This document shows, piece after piece, positions 1 through 11,361 of a stretch of DNA of 64,000 nucleotides. The notes under the pieces were generated by a model. That model was not told where the DNA came from. It made no database searches and saw nothing but the letters and a program-made list of their open reading frames with translations. The position numbers and the translations under genes are program-made. Positions within the stretch are counted from its first letter, which is position 1. Every line of letters begins with the position of its first letter. Source of the DNA: Lama glama (taxonomy: Eukaryota); contig CM052818.1 in the NCBI GenBank assembly GCA_028534125.1, forward strand, positions 46,378,001 through 46,442,000, in the 5' to 3' direction.

Positions 1-1339
1 CACAGCGGGGATGACGAGCTTGGGTTTGCCCAGATCTGATGCCTCTGCTCTCCCAGGGCAACAGGTGCCTCCGGGAAGAGTCTCAGTCAGACTCCGGCCA
101 TCCGGGGCTACAGCCAACCTCCCACCTGCCACACTGACCAGAGCCAAAGAAACTGTCCCTTTAAATTTCTAGGAATAGGTGGTATACCATTAAAACTAAA
201 CCAACTCCAAACCACACCTTCCCTACCACAAAAGGAAAAAAAACCCCTCATCAATCAGAAGAGAGAGCAGCCAGCTCTCTTCCATTTATCCACAGGCGGA
301 ATGGTCTGTAATGTGCCCGGGGTGCGCACCTCAAGGAAGGCACTTCTGAGTCCATCCCACTGAGCCACCCACCTCAGCCCCTGCCGGGACGGGCATCGGC
401 CTCTGGAGCTGGGGCAGGGAAGGGACCAGCAGAGAAGGTGCTCTTAGCTGCTGTCGAGGACAGACGCCAGGCCCTCTTTTGCTTCCCCTGCTGGGAAAGT
501 TCTGATTTTTACTGCTCTGTGCTGAGCGCAAATGGCTTAGCAAGTCGCAGACTAGAGGAGGGAACCTGGGGGGGGGCACAGAGATGGCTGTTGGGCTACT
601 CTGGGCCCACGTGACCTTGAGACGCTCCATGCCGAGGGGCGGGCTGGTCCTGGCCCCAGGCCCCTGTGGAGGGTCAGGCCGCTGTGTAGGACCGCATGGC
701 CTGGAGGCAGCATCAGAGCCTGCCAAGGACCTGCTAATAGCTCCCATCCATCTTCCAGGGAAAGCGACTTCTGGCGCTGGATAATTGACTTCTGTTCGTT
801 ATGACAGACGAGGTTTTGAAACGCCTGAGTCCATGCCTGTCTCTTTCACTAGTGACAGGCTCTGCCTTGGAGGGCAGTTCAGCGGGTGAGGGGAGATGTG
901 TATTCATGCTTTCACCCCAGCACGGGGGTCAAACTGAGACTCGAAGTCGTTATTTCCACCATGTGGGCCCCAAATCCCAACTGTCCCTGTCCTTACAATT
1001 ATCTAGGGAATATTGGATGATCCTGACACTCTAATCCAAAGAGCTAATAGTCACATTCATATGCAGTTTTTTAATGCTCTTTCACAGTTTATCAATTTTT
1101 ATCATAGCACTGATAACCAACCTGCGTATGGTGTGACACAGCTGACATCATGTCACCTGATCTCCCCACGCTGTAGGCGAAGTAAGGAGGGTACTGTTAT
1201 CCCCTCGGAGGTTCAGAAAGGTTAAGTGATGCGCTCAGTGCCACGGAGCAAAGGAAGAGCAGAGCTGGGGCTCAAATCCAGGTCTTCTGGTTCTGAGGTG
1301 CTGCCCCAAACACCGCCACTCCTCAGCCGACAGCTTGAG

Positions 1340-1830
1340 GACTCACGGTGACATTTCTCACTGCCCTTGAGCAAGTGTTCAAACTCCACACGTCAAACTA
1401 AACTCACATCTTCCTCACCAGCCCCTCAGAGCAACTCCTCCTCCCAGCACCCTGCTGGTCACCGCGACCGGTTCAGCTCTCCCAAAGCCCATCTTCTTTT
1501 CTCTGCTCCCACATCCAGTCACTTAGCTCGTCCTCAATCTTCCTTCCCGCAGGGTTGGTTTCAAGGCTGGCCCTGCTTTCCCATCCTCAGGACCCCCCGC
1601 CTCACAGCCGAGCACTTGAAGCAGCTCCTGATGGCACCCCCACTGAGTCTGGTCCGTCCAGACACCTGCCCACCGGACAAACCAACCGTCCTTCCAACAG
1701 CAGCATTTTGCCCCCATTGTGAACACGTGCTTTAGGTCAACAAGCACTTACCACAGTGTCTGACACGCATTATTTACTGGGTGGCACTGACGGCATGTTC
1801 CTCAGGGTGGGGCTGCTGTGTGTTTACCAG
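1340..1830 (+). mobile_element. L2 LINE remnant (decayed)
   Basis: L2-like phrases such as 'ttcaaactccacacgtcaaactaaactcacatcttcc' and 'agcacttaccacag'; boundaries approximate. Confidence 0.5.
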
Positions 1831-1989
1831 TGGCTCCAGCACCGGGTCCACGGTGGTGCTCACGTGGGTCTTGTAGAAACAGAAGGATGCCTCTCATCTA
1901 CTCAAAAAAATCTTCAGAGGCTCCCACCCCCAACAAGTCAGGGTTCAAACTGCTTAGCCAGGCATTCTCCACACTTTATAAAATATTTC

Positions 1990-2200
1990 TGCATTAGGGC
2001 CTTTTATGTTTGAGAGATGAAAAACCCAACTCAAAAGAACTGCAACATAAAAAAGAGAGAATCCATTGGTTTATACAAGAAAATCTATGTATCAGAATGC
2101 GATCAATGGAGTCGGCGAGCTCGCAGGGGGCTGTTTCCTCCCAGGGCGCCTGAGGCAAGGCCTGGAGGGTGGGCATGGAGGCTGAAGAAGCAGAGATGTT
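1990..2200 (-). mobile_element. MaLR LTR fragment (MLT1K/L-like)
   Basis: 'aaaacccaactcaaa...aaaaaagagagaatccattggttta' resembles the antisense 3' end of old MLT1 LTRs. Confidence 0.45.
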
Positions 2201-3041
2201 GGGAAGGGGTCGGGGGTGACTGGTAGGTGCTTAAAGCAAATCCTGGGGTCCGGCTTTCCATGCAGTCCGGAGGCCTCTGCCTGACCAGGGCAGGTCCACT
2301 TAAAGCAGCTGCAGTGACTTAGCCCCTGGTGGGTGTCCAGGACTGCAGGCCAGGAACCCTCTCCCTGGGGGGGTGGGGGGAGGGAGGGGCTCCATGAGGC
2401 CACACAGCAGGTGGGATTAGCCAGGAGCTTCTGCACAGTTTCAGGTAAGAGGCGAAAATTATTTCCTTCCTGTCAAGAGGAACGCCAGGGCTGCTGACGG
2501 CCCTGGATAACTCACACGCATATAGGCCTGAAGTCAGGGCCAGGTGGGGAGCGGTTGGTTGTGCCTTTATCAATGACCTGGGGTTTCCCCAATTTGGAGA
2601 CAGCAAAGGGAAGTGATCCAGGGTTGATGCAAACCAGCTCTATTTGCTGGAAATGTATGTGTTTCCAGGTCCCAAAGCTCAACCCTGGGGTTACAAAGCC
2701 AAGGCAGTCTGAGCACCCCAAGACTGCCGTTTACTGCAAATGCCCCAGGGGCCTCTCTGTGTGTGTGGAGGGGCACTGCAGTTCAAGGTTGGTGGATTCC
2801 AAGGTTGGTAGCTGTTGTGTGAGTGTGTGAGGGACAGCGTGTGTGGGGTGGGGTGGGGGGTGTACTAGGAGTCCGCGTATATGTACACGTTGTGAGTGTG
2901 TCAGGAGCCCGTGTGTGTCTGTGTGTGTGTGAGGGGCATTATCAATATCGATCCAGACCACAACGCAGCAATAAACTATCATGTTCTAAAGGCCTCCTGG
3001 ACCCTCACCTGCTTTTTTCTGCTACTCCACCTCACACAACA

Positions 3042-3079
3042 GGGCCAGAAGGGCTTCCTGGGGCCAGAAGGGCTTCCTG
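3042..3079 (+). repeat. Perfect 19-bp tandem duplication
   Basis: gggccagaagggcttcctg at 3042-3060 and again at 3061-3079. Confidence 0.95.
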
Positions 3080-3194
3080 AGGCCTGGAAAGTCAGGCGAG
3101 GCCCCTGGAAGCAGTCCGGTGCCCATTCCGGACTCAGACCTCACTTACGTTAATTGAGGGTCCACTCCAAGGCTAATCCTCTCACAATGCGTGC

Positions 3195-3310
3195 TGGCCT
3201 TCACCTCAAATCGCAGAGAGGAAACCAAGGCCCAGAGAGGTGATGCGACTTGCCCAAGGGCACACAGATTGTAAATGGTAGAGCCCGGATTCAAACCCAG
3301 TTTTCCTAAA
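3195..3310 (-). mobile_element. MIR SINE
   Basis: 'gaggaaaccaaggcccagagaggtgatgcgacttgcccaagggcacacag...ggattcaaacccag' is the antisense MIR core. Confidence 0.85.
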
Positions 3311-3344
3311 CTTCATGGGAAGTGCTTTTTCCACCGCACTGAGC

Positions 3345-3515
3345 CCAGATGCTGGAGCCAGACCACCTGCTTATACCCTAGCTGTGCCACTGACTAGCTG
3401 TGTGACCTTGGGCAAGTGACTTACCATCTCTGTTCTTCATCCGGAAGGCTATGAGAATCAAAGGAGCTATAGCACGTAGACCATGTTTAGCACACAGGAA
3501 GTGCTATGTAAGTGC
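3345..3515 (+). mobile_element. MIR SINE
   Basis: 'ctggagccagac...ccactgactagctgtgtgaccttgggcaagtgacttaccatctctg' is the sense MIR core. Confidence 0.85.
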
Positions 3516-5766
3516 ATTCTTAGCTTCTTAGGATTATAACCTCACCTTGCTACTGATAATGATTTGCACCCAGAAAAACAGCAAGCTTCTTTTCAAATGG
3601 GACCCCAGGAACATGAATAACCCTGGGAAAGCTGGCCTTCCCCTCCCGCCTTGGCCAGTCCGTCCCCCATCTGTGGGCCCAAGCCCAGGCCCTCACAGGG
3701 AAGGTCAGCCTGAGACTTTCAGCAGGGTTACCCTTATTGGCCCAAATTAGATGGTCTGACGGCTGTTTGGAAAAATGCACTGCATTCTTTGTGTTTTCCC
3801 CACCAAAACACGTCTGTTTCGTTCTCTTTTAAAGGGCATTCATGAGTCATTCGGTAGGAACAAAGAAGCCTCAGTCTGGAACTTCCACGGGGAAACGGTT
3901 TTAACAGTGAGGCTCACTTGGTTTTTCTGAGATCTGAACATGTCTTGGAGGTGCCCTTAAGCACCTGACAGCAGCTGTTCTCTCCCGACAGCTGGATTCC
4001 AAATGTAAACATTATTTGGGGACGTGTGGGGATCATTTACATGCAGATGTAGACAGCTCCGTGCTGGGGAAGTGGAGTCGAGATCTTTCTGCTGGTTCTG
4101 CTTGTAGGGCCCAGAGTGTGTTCCTGGATTCCATGGCTGTGTTTCATAAGGAGCTCAAACGTCAGGCCAGCACCATTTCTCTTCTTAAGGGCAACTCTCC
4201 AGCATTTCGAGCACAACCTCAAGTCAGCAATGTGAGGCGGAGACACCAGAGGAAAGTAGGGTGAGAGGAGGTGGACTGGGAGTGATGTCCCACCAGCCCC
4301 CCAGCCTGAGATTCAAACATCCAGCGCCTAGAGCTTTTACCCGTCCCCAGCCCCCGACCCCGGCACCCAGGCCCGACCTGTCTGTGGACAGATACCTTCT
4401 CAGCTCCCTGCACATCTGTGCCCACCTGTCCACACTCAGGCACATGTGGGCAGGTAGAGCGTGGCTGTTTCTGATTCAGGCGCTTACAGCTCCTTATCGA
4501 GTGATCCAGCAAGTTACTGAGCACCTCTGTGCCTGTTTCATCAGCTGTTTTTCCAGGGGGCAGTAATGATCCCCCACCTCCTGGGGTTGCTCTGAGGGTT
4601 AGAGAATGTCATGCAGGTAAAGCTCTAGCCCAGAGTCTGGGTCAGGCTAAGAGCTCGGCCATGTCACCTTGTGATTCAAATTGTCCACCAGCCCCCACAG
4701 CTCGCCTGGGTCCCCTCGTTCCCACTCTCACCCTGTTCCATTTAGTCCTCAATGCGGTTATGAGCCAGCTCCCTAAATTCATTTGAGTCTCTCATTCTCC
4801 TTCTCAAAACCCCTCAGTGGTCTCCCTCTGCCTGAGGACACACAGGTCCACATGGCTCACGATGCCCTCCACCCTCCGACCTCCCACCCTCACTCGCTCA
4901 CTCACTCAACACACTAAGCCCGGTACGTTCCAGGCCCTGTGCTCACCCCAGGCAGCAGCAAAGTGAACAAACAGCCCCAGTTTCTGCCCCCAGGGAGCAG
5001 GGGAGCCAGGGGGAGGAAAGACCTTGAAGAAGGGACTTCTAAGCTGAAATCTGAGGATGAACCTGCAGAGGGGAGGAGAGGGGTCACCCTGTAGGACCCT
5101 CCTGAGGGCATCCTGCAGGCCTGCAGCCTAAGCCCCCTTTCTCCCACCCTTCCTCACCCTCTGCACTGCACTCTGTCCACGTCCCCAGACACTGTTCTCA
5201 CACCCAGTTCCTCTGCACCAGGGTCTGGCTGCTCTCTCTACTTAGAACCCCATTGTTTTCACCCTCTCTCTCCAGCTGACCTCCTCTCGTCCCCCCTCTA
5301 GGCTCAGCCAGGCACCTTCATTCTTCCACCCAGATGGTGGGACGGTGTCCTTATCTGGTGCTCCCTCGGCCCCGTGGGCTCACCTCTGCCTGATTGCTTC
5401 CTGCTTACCTGTCTGTGTCCCTGACTGCGAAGCCAGGACGGCTGGCACTGCCTCACTGGACGACCCCAGGGCAGCGATCAAGAGGCTGATTCTGTGCTGG
5501 GTGACTGGAGCCAATGGCCTGGGTGCTCGTGCTTGTGGGTCTTTGAAAAATACTTGCCAAGGGCAATTGAGTTCAGCCTTGGACTCAGCTTCTTTGAGTT
5601 TTATCAGTCTCTCTGGAGCCCACCTGGGAGGTGCTGCTTGTTGGGGCTTGGTGTTCGGGGTGGCCAGCTGTGCTATTCAAGATATTTTACAACCGGTGAG
5701 GCCCAGGCACTGATCAATCTGACCAGCTAGCAAGACCACGCCAGACAAAAAGGGCTGTTCTCCATG

Positions 5767-5841
5767 AGGAATGACGCCACCTGCCCGGTTGTGGGGGCCT
5801 CTGAATTGGTTGTTTTTGGAAGATCATACACCCAAATATGG
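5767..5841. promoter_or_regulatory. Candidate SRF/TEAD/E-box enhancer module
   Basis: AGGAATG (MCAT, reverse complement CATTCCT) 5767-5773, CACCTG 5778-5783, perfect CArG box CCAAATATGG 5832-5841 in apparently unique sequence. Confidence 0.4.
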
Positions 5842-6239
5842 GATTTTCTGGATTCTCCGGTTCACTCTGTTAACTGCGGCTGCCAGCAATTATAGGACGA
5901 AGCACCAGAATCTTTTCTCACTGATTAGACGCTGAATCACCTCTGCGGGGGGAACCTTCTTTCTTTCCTTCTGTGAAGAGAGCTGAAGTTTTAGAACCAG
6001 ACAGACGAGCATTGAAATCCCTGCTGCTGGGGCGAAATACTTCAATTAAGATCCGTGACTTCAGTTCCTTTTCTGTGAAATGGAGGTAATAAGTTGTAAC
6101 AACCTACAGACTGTGAATTTGAGATAAGAAAAGATATGCACAGTGCTTGGTATGTAATAGGCGTAAAGTAATACTAGTTTCCTCTTTTCCTCATGGTTAA
6201 GTAGGACTCCTTTACCAGAGGGATTAATTGACACGTTGA

Positions 6240-6710
6240 CACGCTTTCACTTTAAAAACCATACTGACCCTGGCCACCGCAGGTTGAAAGTTCACGGTCA
6301 GCAGGCTTCTCCCAAGAGCGCTCACAGCTCTGCCACTTCTGACCTTCTCCTGAGCGCCGAGCTGCGTGCTTACCAAGAGGCAGCTGCTTGTTCCCAAACC
6401 TGTTTATACCAGTAGCGCCTGCTACTTTAATTACATAGTTTAATTAAAGGTGATGAAACCAATAAAATATGAGAGTGTAGAGTCATCTAAAAACAACAAC
6501 TTTATTTTAGATAAAAGACTGAATAAGGGTGAATTACTACGTGTGGAATGCTGCTCAAGTACAACCACTCAAAATATGAGAGAATAAATGAACATTTTCA
6601 GTTAAAAGGTGTTTAAGAGTATGTCAAATATTTTTTATGACTCTAGTTTTTCCCACCCTGGTGGTGGACTGACCAGCCCCTGGTCTGGCCCCATCGTAAA
6701 TGCACCAGGT
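6240..6710. mobile_element. Possible hAT-Charlie DNA transposon remnant
   Basis: AT-rich interior; end 'gactgaccagcccctggtctggccccatcgtaaatgcacc' loosely resembles Charlie-type termini. Confidence 0.3.
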
Positions 6711-6761
6711 ACCTCATTAGAGGCTTTATGTATATGTCCCGTAACCCTCACTTACCACAAG

Positions 6762-7173
6762 CTAAGATTAAGTTGAACTGTGTATGATCAAAAAATGTAA
6801 AATAAGATGAGTTTGACTAAGACAGTTTAATTTTTTTTCACACAGAGGAATTCTAGAGGTCGGAAACTCTTTGGTGTCATCAGGGAGCCAGGCCCCTATA
6901 TTTTGGCTCTTTTTGCTTCCTCAACACGGCTTCCATTCTCTACGTTTCCTCTTGGGTCCAAGATGGCTGCTAGCACTCCAGTATCACATCTTCATTTCAA
7001 GCAACTGGAAAAAGAAAGGAGTGGTAGTAGGGAAGTCCATTCCTCTATCTTTGTAAGGTGAGGAACTGTAGTCTTTTCTTCCTGGTGGCATTATGGCCAC
7101 CAAATTCAGGATTCTGTTAATAAGGAGAAACGTGAAATGGATAATAGAGTAAGCAATTAGATGTCTCTGTCAT
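6762..7173 (-). mobile_element. MaLR LTR (MLT1J-like)
   Basis: 'gtccaagatggctgctagcactccagtatcacatc', 'aaattcaggattctgttaataaggaga', ending 'tctctgtcata'. Confidence 0.75.
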
Positions 7174-7617
7174 ATATTTTTTACCCCCATTTTACAGCGA
7201 GGATACAGGCTTAGAGAAGAAAGATCACACAGCTAGTAGGTGGCAGAGCTGAGATTCAAATGCAGATCAGCTGAAATGCCTGACGGTAAAATTGCTTCCT
7301 GCTTTGACTGTGTACTAAGGCAGCACCGTTCTGAGTCACATGTCTCTTAGGAATGTCTGTAAGTTTAAGACTCTGAAGTCTGCCCACTTCAGCTCTCATT
7401 TCAGGGCTCTGAGATGACTCCTGGTTGTATTTGTCTGTGGCAGGTGTTTACTTGGTTTCCATTTTTGAAAGATAGTCATAGCAGCTTTGGTCATTAATGT
7501 GACATGATTCTTCAATGCAGTTTCTGGTTACAGGAAGATAGATCTGCTAGAGGAAAAAGCCTTGAAGACTGAGTTAGAACATCATCAATAAATGGGACTG
7601 CCTTGTGGGGTCTAAAC

Positions 7618-7783
7618 CAGTGCTTCACAGCTGGGGCACGTTGGCAGCATCTGGAGAGATTTCTGGGTGTTATGCTGGGACAGTGCTACTGGTATCTAGT
7701 GAGGGAGAGGCCAAAGATGCTCCGGTGTGCAGGACCGGCCCCCATGACAAATAACGTCAATAATGCCGAGGTAGGGAAACCTG
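7618..7783 (+). mobile_element. MER20 (hAT-Charlie MITE)
   Basis: 'gctactggtatctagtgagggagaggccaaagatgct...gtcaataatgccgaggtagggaaacctg'; near-duplicated 8-bp flanks gtctaaac (7610-7617) and gtctagac (7785-7792). Confidence 0.85.
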
Positions 7784-8030
7784 CGTCTAGACCATTTGAA
7801 CTAGTCGAGCTTACATAATATGGCACCTGCTGTTTTGTGCAGATGTCCTAGGAAGAATCGTGGGCTCTGTATCGTCTCCTTCTTAATGTCTCTGCCTTTG
7901 GCTACAGGAAAAAGTGATCCTGCAAAAGTCTGCTCGGTGGGTATTCAGTTGATGTTCATTATTGATAATAATGCTTAAACTGATGTCTCAAAAGCGATCA
8001 CTAAGTATTTCTTGAGTAGCTTTCATCCAC

Positions 8031-8465
8031 TGAACAGGACTAGGTCATCGGCCACTGTGGTCCCCCTGAGCTCCAGCACACCTTGAAAGGAGTCCAGGGT
8101 GGGGCTTAGGGATGAGGCACTCAGTGCCCTGGGGAAAGCAGGCAGGACAGGACTTCAGAAAGGTATTTTCAGGAGACAATTTTATGAACCCAATTTCTTG
8201 CAGCTTCTCATACCTGGAGAAGCACTAACATCATCACCAGAGACATCTGCTCCTCGTGACTGGCAGCAACCTTCTATGGAGATGTGTGCATGATTGCACG
8301 TACCCCCTTCCCCAAAATCTCACATAGACTGACCTGCTTCTTCAGAACAGCTTCTCAGAGCTGTCCAAGTGGCTGTCTCCTGGGCTACAGTCCTCGGTAA
8401 GACACGGAATAAACTCGACTCACAGCTTTTACATTGTGTGTTTTTGTTTTTTTTAAAGTTGGTGT
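8031..8465 (+). mobile_element. ERV1-type solo LTR (laurasiatherian/artiodactyl type)
   Basis: Starts with TG; 'ttctcagagctgtccaagtggctgtctcctgggctacagtcctcggtaag...gaataaactcgactcacagc' gives an R/U5-like region with AATAAA. Confidence 0.6.
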
Positions 8466-9730
8466 CAGTCTGGTTAGAAGTTTACCAATTTTATTGATGT
8501 TCTCAAAGAACTAGCTTTTGGTTTTATCGATCTCCTTTCTCTCTCTCTCGTTGACTTGATTTCTGCTCTATTCCCAGTGATTCCTTTCTTCTTCATTCGG
8601 TTTCATTTGCTTATATTTTTCTCTTTCCTTAAGGTGAAAGCTGAAGTCACTGACTTGAGACCTTCATCTGTAGAATTTCAATTCTGAATCTTTTTTTTTA
8701 GTATCACCCACATTTCTATTTAATATTCATATAGCTTCTTGAACATATAGAATAGAGTCATCATAACTTTTAATATATATTTTATTGAAGTATAGTCAAT
8801 TTACAATGTTGTGTCAACTTCTGGTGCGCAGCACAATACTTCAGTCCTATAGGAACATACATATATTCGTTTTCATATTCTATAACTTTTCAAATGTTCT
8901 CGTCTCCCATACTTCTATCATGTGTGTCATTTCTGGATTAGTTTCAAATGAATAATTTTTCTTCTCACTTTGGGTTATATTTTCATGCTTCTCTGCTTGA
9001 CTTTTTAATAGAAAGCTGGCTATTATCACTGTACCTTGGTTGGCACTGAATGTTTTTGTATTCTTGCAAATATTCTTCAGCTTTGTTCTGGAACATGGTC
9101 AAGAAATTTAGAAAGAGTTCAATCCTTTCAGGTTTGGCTTTTGAGATTGATTAGGTGGGACCAGAGCTGCATCTAATCTAGGGTTAGTTTTCCAGGTGCT
9201 AAGGCAAGCTTCTGAGGATGCCTGAATTATGACGTTTTCCACTCTGGCTGTTGGGATGGCACTCTTCCTGGCTCTGGGTAAGGTCCAGTGTTGTTCCCTC
9301 TTATCCTTTTGCTTCACCTTGGGTATTCTTCCATACACATGTGCTGATCAGTATTTGCTGAACACTCGGGGTTGGAGGGACCCTCTATAGATTTCCAGAT
9401 TTCTCTGTCTGTCTGCCTCTCTATCTTTCTCTCCAGCTCTATCCTCCCTGGCACTCTTCCTGTGGCTCTAGTTGCCTTGGCTTCCCTGGACTTCCACCTC
9501 TATGTCCTCAAGTCACAGAGATGGCTGGGCTCTACCTGGCTTCCCCTCTTCTTGCCACAGCCAAGAAAATTTCTCTACTGACTAAGCTGGAGCAATTATG
9601 GGGCTCACCTCACTTGTTTCAAGTCTCTCGGGGACCCCTGTCCTTCACTGCCTCATGTCCAATGTCTTGAGTGTCATTGTTTTATTATCCTGTCTTATTT
9701 TTAAGTTGTTTAGGTTGAAGGGTAAATCCA
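8466..9730 (-). mobile_element. Old L1M LINE fragments (composite)
   Basis: Antisense ORF2-like 'aattttattgatgttctcaaagaactagcttttggtttt' followed by antisense L1M 5'-region-like sequence. Confidence 0.65.
8772..8881 (-). mobile_element. Younger L1 3' end nested in older L1M
   Basis: 'tttattgaagtatagtcaatttacaatgttgtgtcaacttctggtg'; TSD ataactttt at 8763-8771 and 8882-8890. Confidence 0.85.
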
Positions 9731-10069
9731 ATTCCATCTTGACTGGGAGTGGAAGTCTCTCCGAGTATTGCTTAGCTTCTGCAAGGTGGGGAGAAAGTTG
9801 AGAAGGAAGAGCAACAAGGGAATTAAGATGGGAGGAGCTCCCTGCAAGCTCTCCCTGCAATCTTCAATAAAGTCTACGGGGCCCCAGATGATTGTATAAG
9901 TGAGGGCTTTGTGTCACTGAAAAAAGTAAGGCTGAATTTCATGTCTGGCTCAAAAAACCCCAGAATCCCAGGAGGCAAAGGAGCCAAAAGAACACAAATA
10001 ACCCCACCCCTGGACTCCACTAAAGTCTTGGGGAGGCTTTGAACACCAATCTCTCTGGATCTCAGGAAG

Positions 10070-10500
10070 CTCCAGTTGACCAGATGCCCCTTCAGGGCTG
10101 AGGCATTCAGTCTCCCACCGCTGGTGGTGCTGGTGGCTGACCACTCTCAGCTGAACCCTTCGGTTATTGCCCTTAGCCACGGGGCAAAGAAAACTCTCTC
10201 ACCCAAGGGTATGCCCTCCCCAGGGGCAGCTTACCTCCAGTGATTGGCTAAGGAATTGGTAATGAATGGTACACACTCTTGGTCTTCTTTCCTCAAGGCT
10301 CTGGACGGTCATCCCAGTACCAGGGCTCCCCGTGGGGTCGTGGGATTGGCTGAAAGCTTGGCTGTGACTACATCCTACATCACAGTGGTGCTCTTCCCTC
10401 TGCCCAGTCCTGCTTCCTTCACTTCCTCATAAGGTGCTGATCCTCAGGGTAGTTTTCTCCAGTAAACCTGCTCCATGAGCATCTCTGTTTGCGTGTCTGA
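10070..10500 (+). mobile_element. ERVL LTR (LTR16-like)
   Basis: 'ctctgcccagtcctgcttccttcacttcctcataaggtgctgatcc...ccagtaaacctgctccatg' matches the LTR16-family 3' part. Confidence 0.75.
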
Positions 10501-11058
10501 ATGTACTACATACAACAGATGCCACATGTATGTATTACAGTCAATGTAGACATAATCCAGTGCTTATATACAATGATGCCTTAAGGCATTAGGGTTTAAT
10601 TCACTGGATCCCCAGTTGTGAAGGGCTGCCCAGGTTGTGTGCACCTGCCTTTCTGATCCAGAAAGAGTGCCCGAGAGCTTTCCCAGGAACGCAGGCCAGC
10701 TCCTTTGACTTGGGTCTGCTGCCCGTGGCTCACCCTCGTGGCGTCCCCGTAGCTCCTCAGCCACGCTTCTGTGCTCGGGTTCGCTCTGCTCCTGCTCTCC
10801 TGCTCCTCTGGCTCCTTACTGGCCTCCTCCGCAGCTGCTCCTTGGGCACCGCGGCTGCACCTGTAAAGACAGGTTTCCTCAGCCACTCACTCAGTAGTCC
10901 CACCTACTTTTCTAGGCCTGAGGAGACCCTGGTGAGTTATGGGAAAGGAACTGGCTTCTGAGAGCAGCAGGAAGAGAATGTCCCCCTGGAAACAATACAA
11001 ACCCATTTCCATGGTGTGTCCTGTTCTGTCTGTTCTGTAGAGCACAGCCAAACACTAT

Positions 11059-11361
11059 CAGAGATCATGAAAATGCATTCTTCACACTTCTGCTTCGAAC
11101 CATTTCGTACCCACCACTGAGTAACACCATCAGTAAGGGGAAGATTAAAAACAAAATTTCAACAACTACTTCAGGGCCAGCTTGTTTGCTGAGTGGGGAT
11201 TTCTGCTCTGGCAGAGCCTTCACAGTGCAGTTGAACTTGGCTGTGTGAATGACTAACGTTTTTACTACTATTGACCAAGATGCTAATAATAACACATATG
11301 CAGTTATTCTATTTTCATAATATTTTGTGCACTGACTAATCGCTTTTTTTCATGATCTATG
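11059..11361. mobile_element. About 300-bp MITE-like element with 15-bp terminal inverted repeats
   Basis: cagagatcatgaaaa (11059-11073) versus ttttcatgatctatg (11347-11361, reverse complement catagatcatgaaaa), 14/15 match; no clear TSD. Confidence 0.55.

Noticed and set aside
200..240. RUNX-family P1 promoter, suggested by the tandem ACCACA
   Set aside because: No MAS(D/N)S-encoding first exon follows, so the locus cannot be assigned
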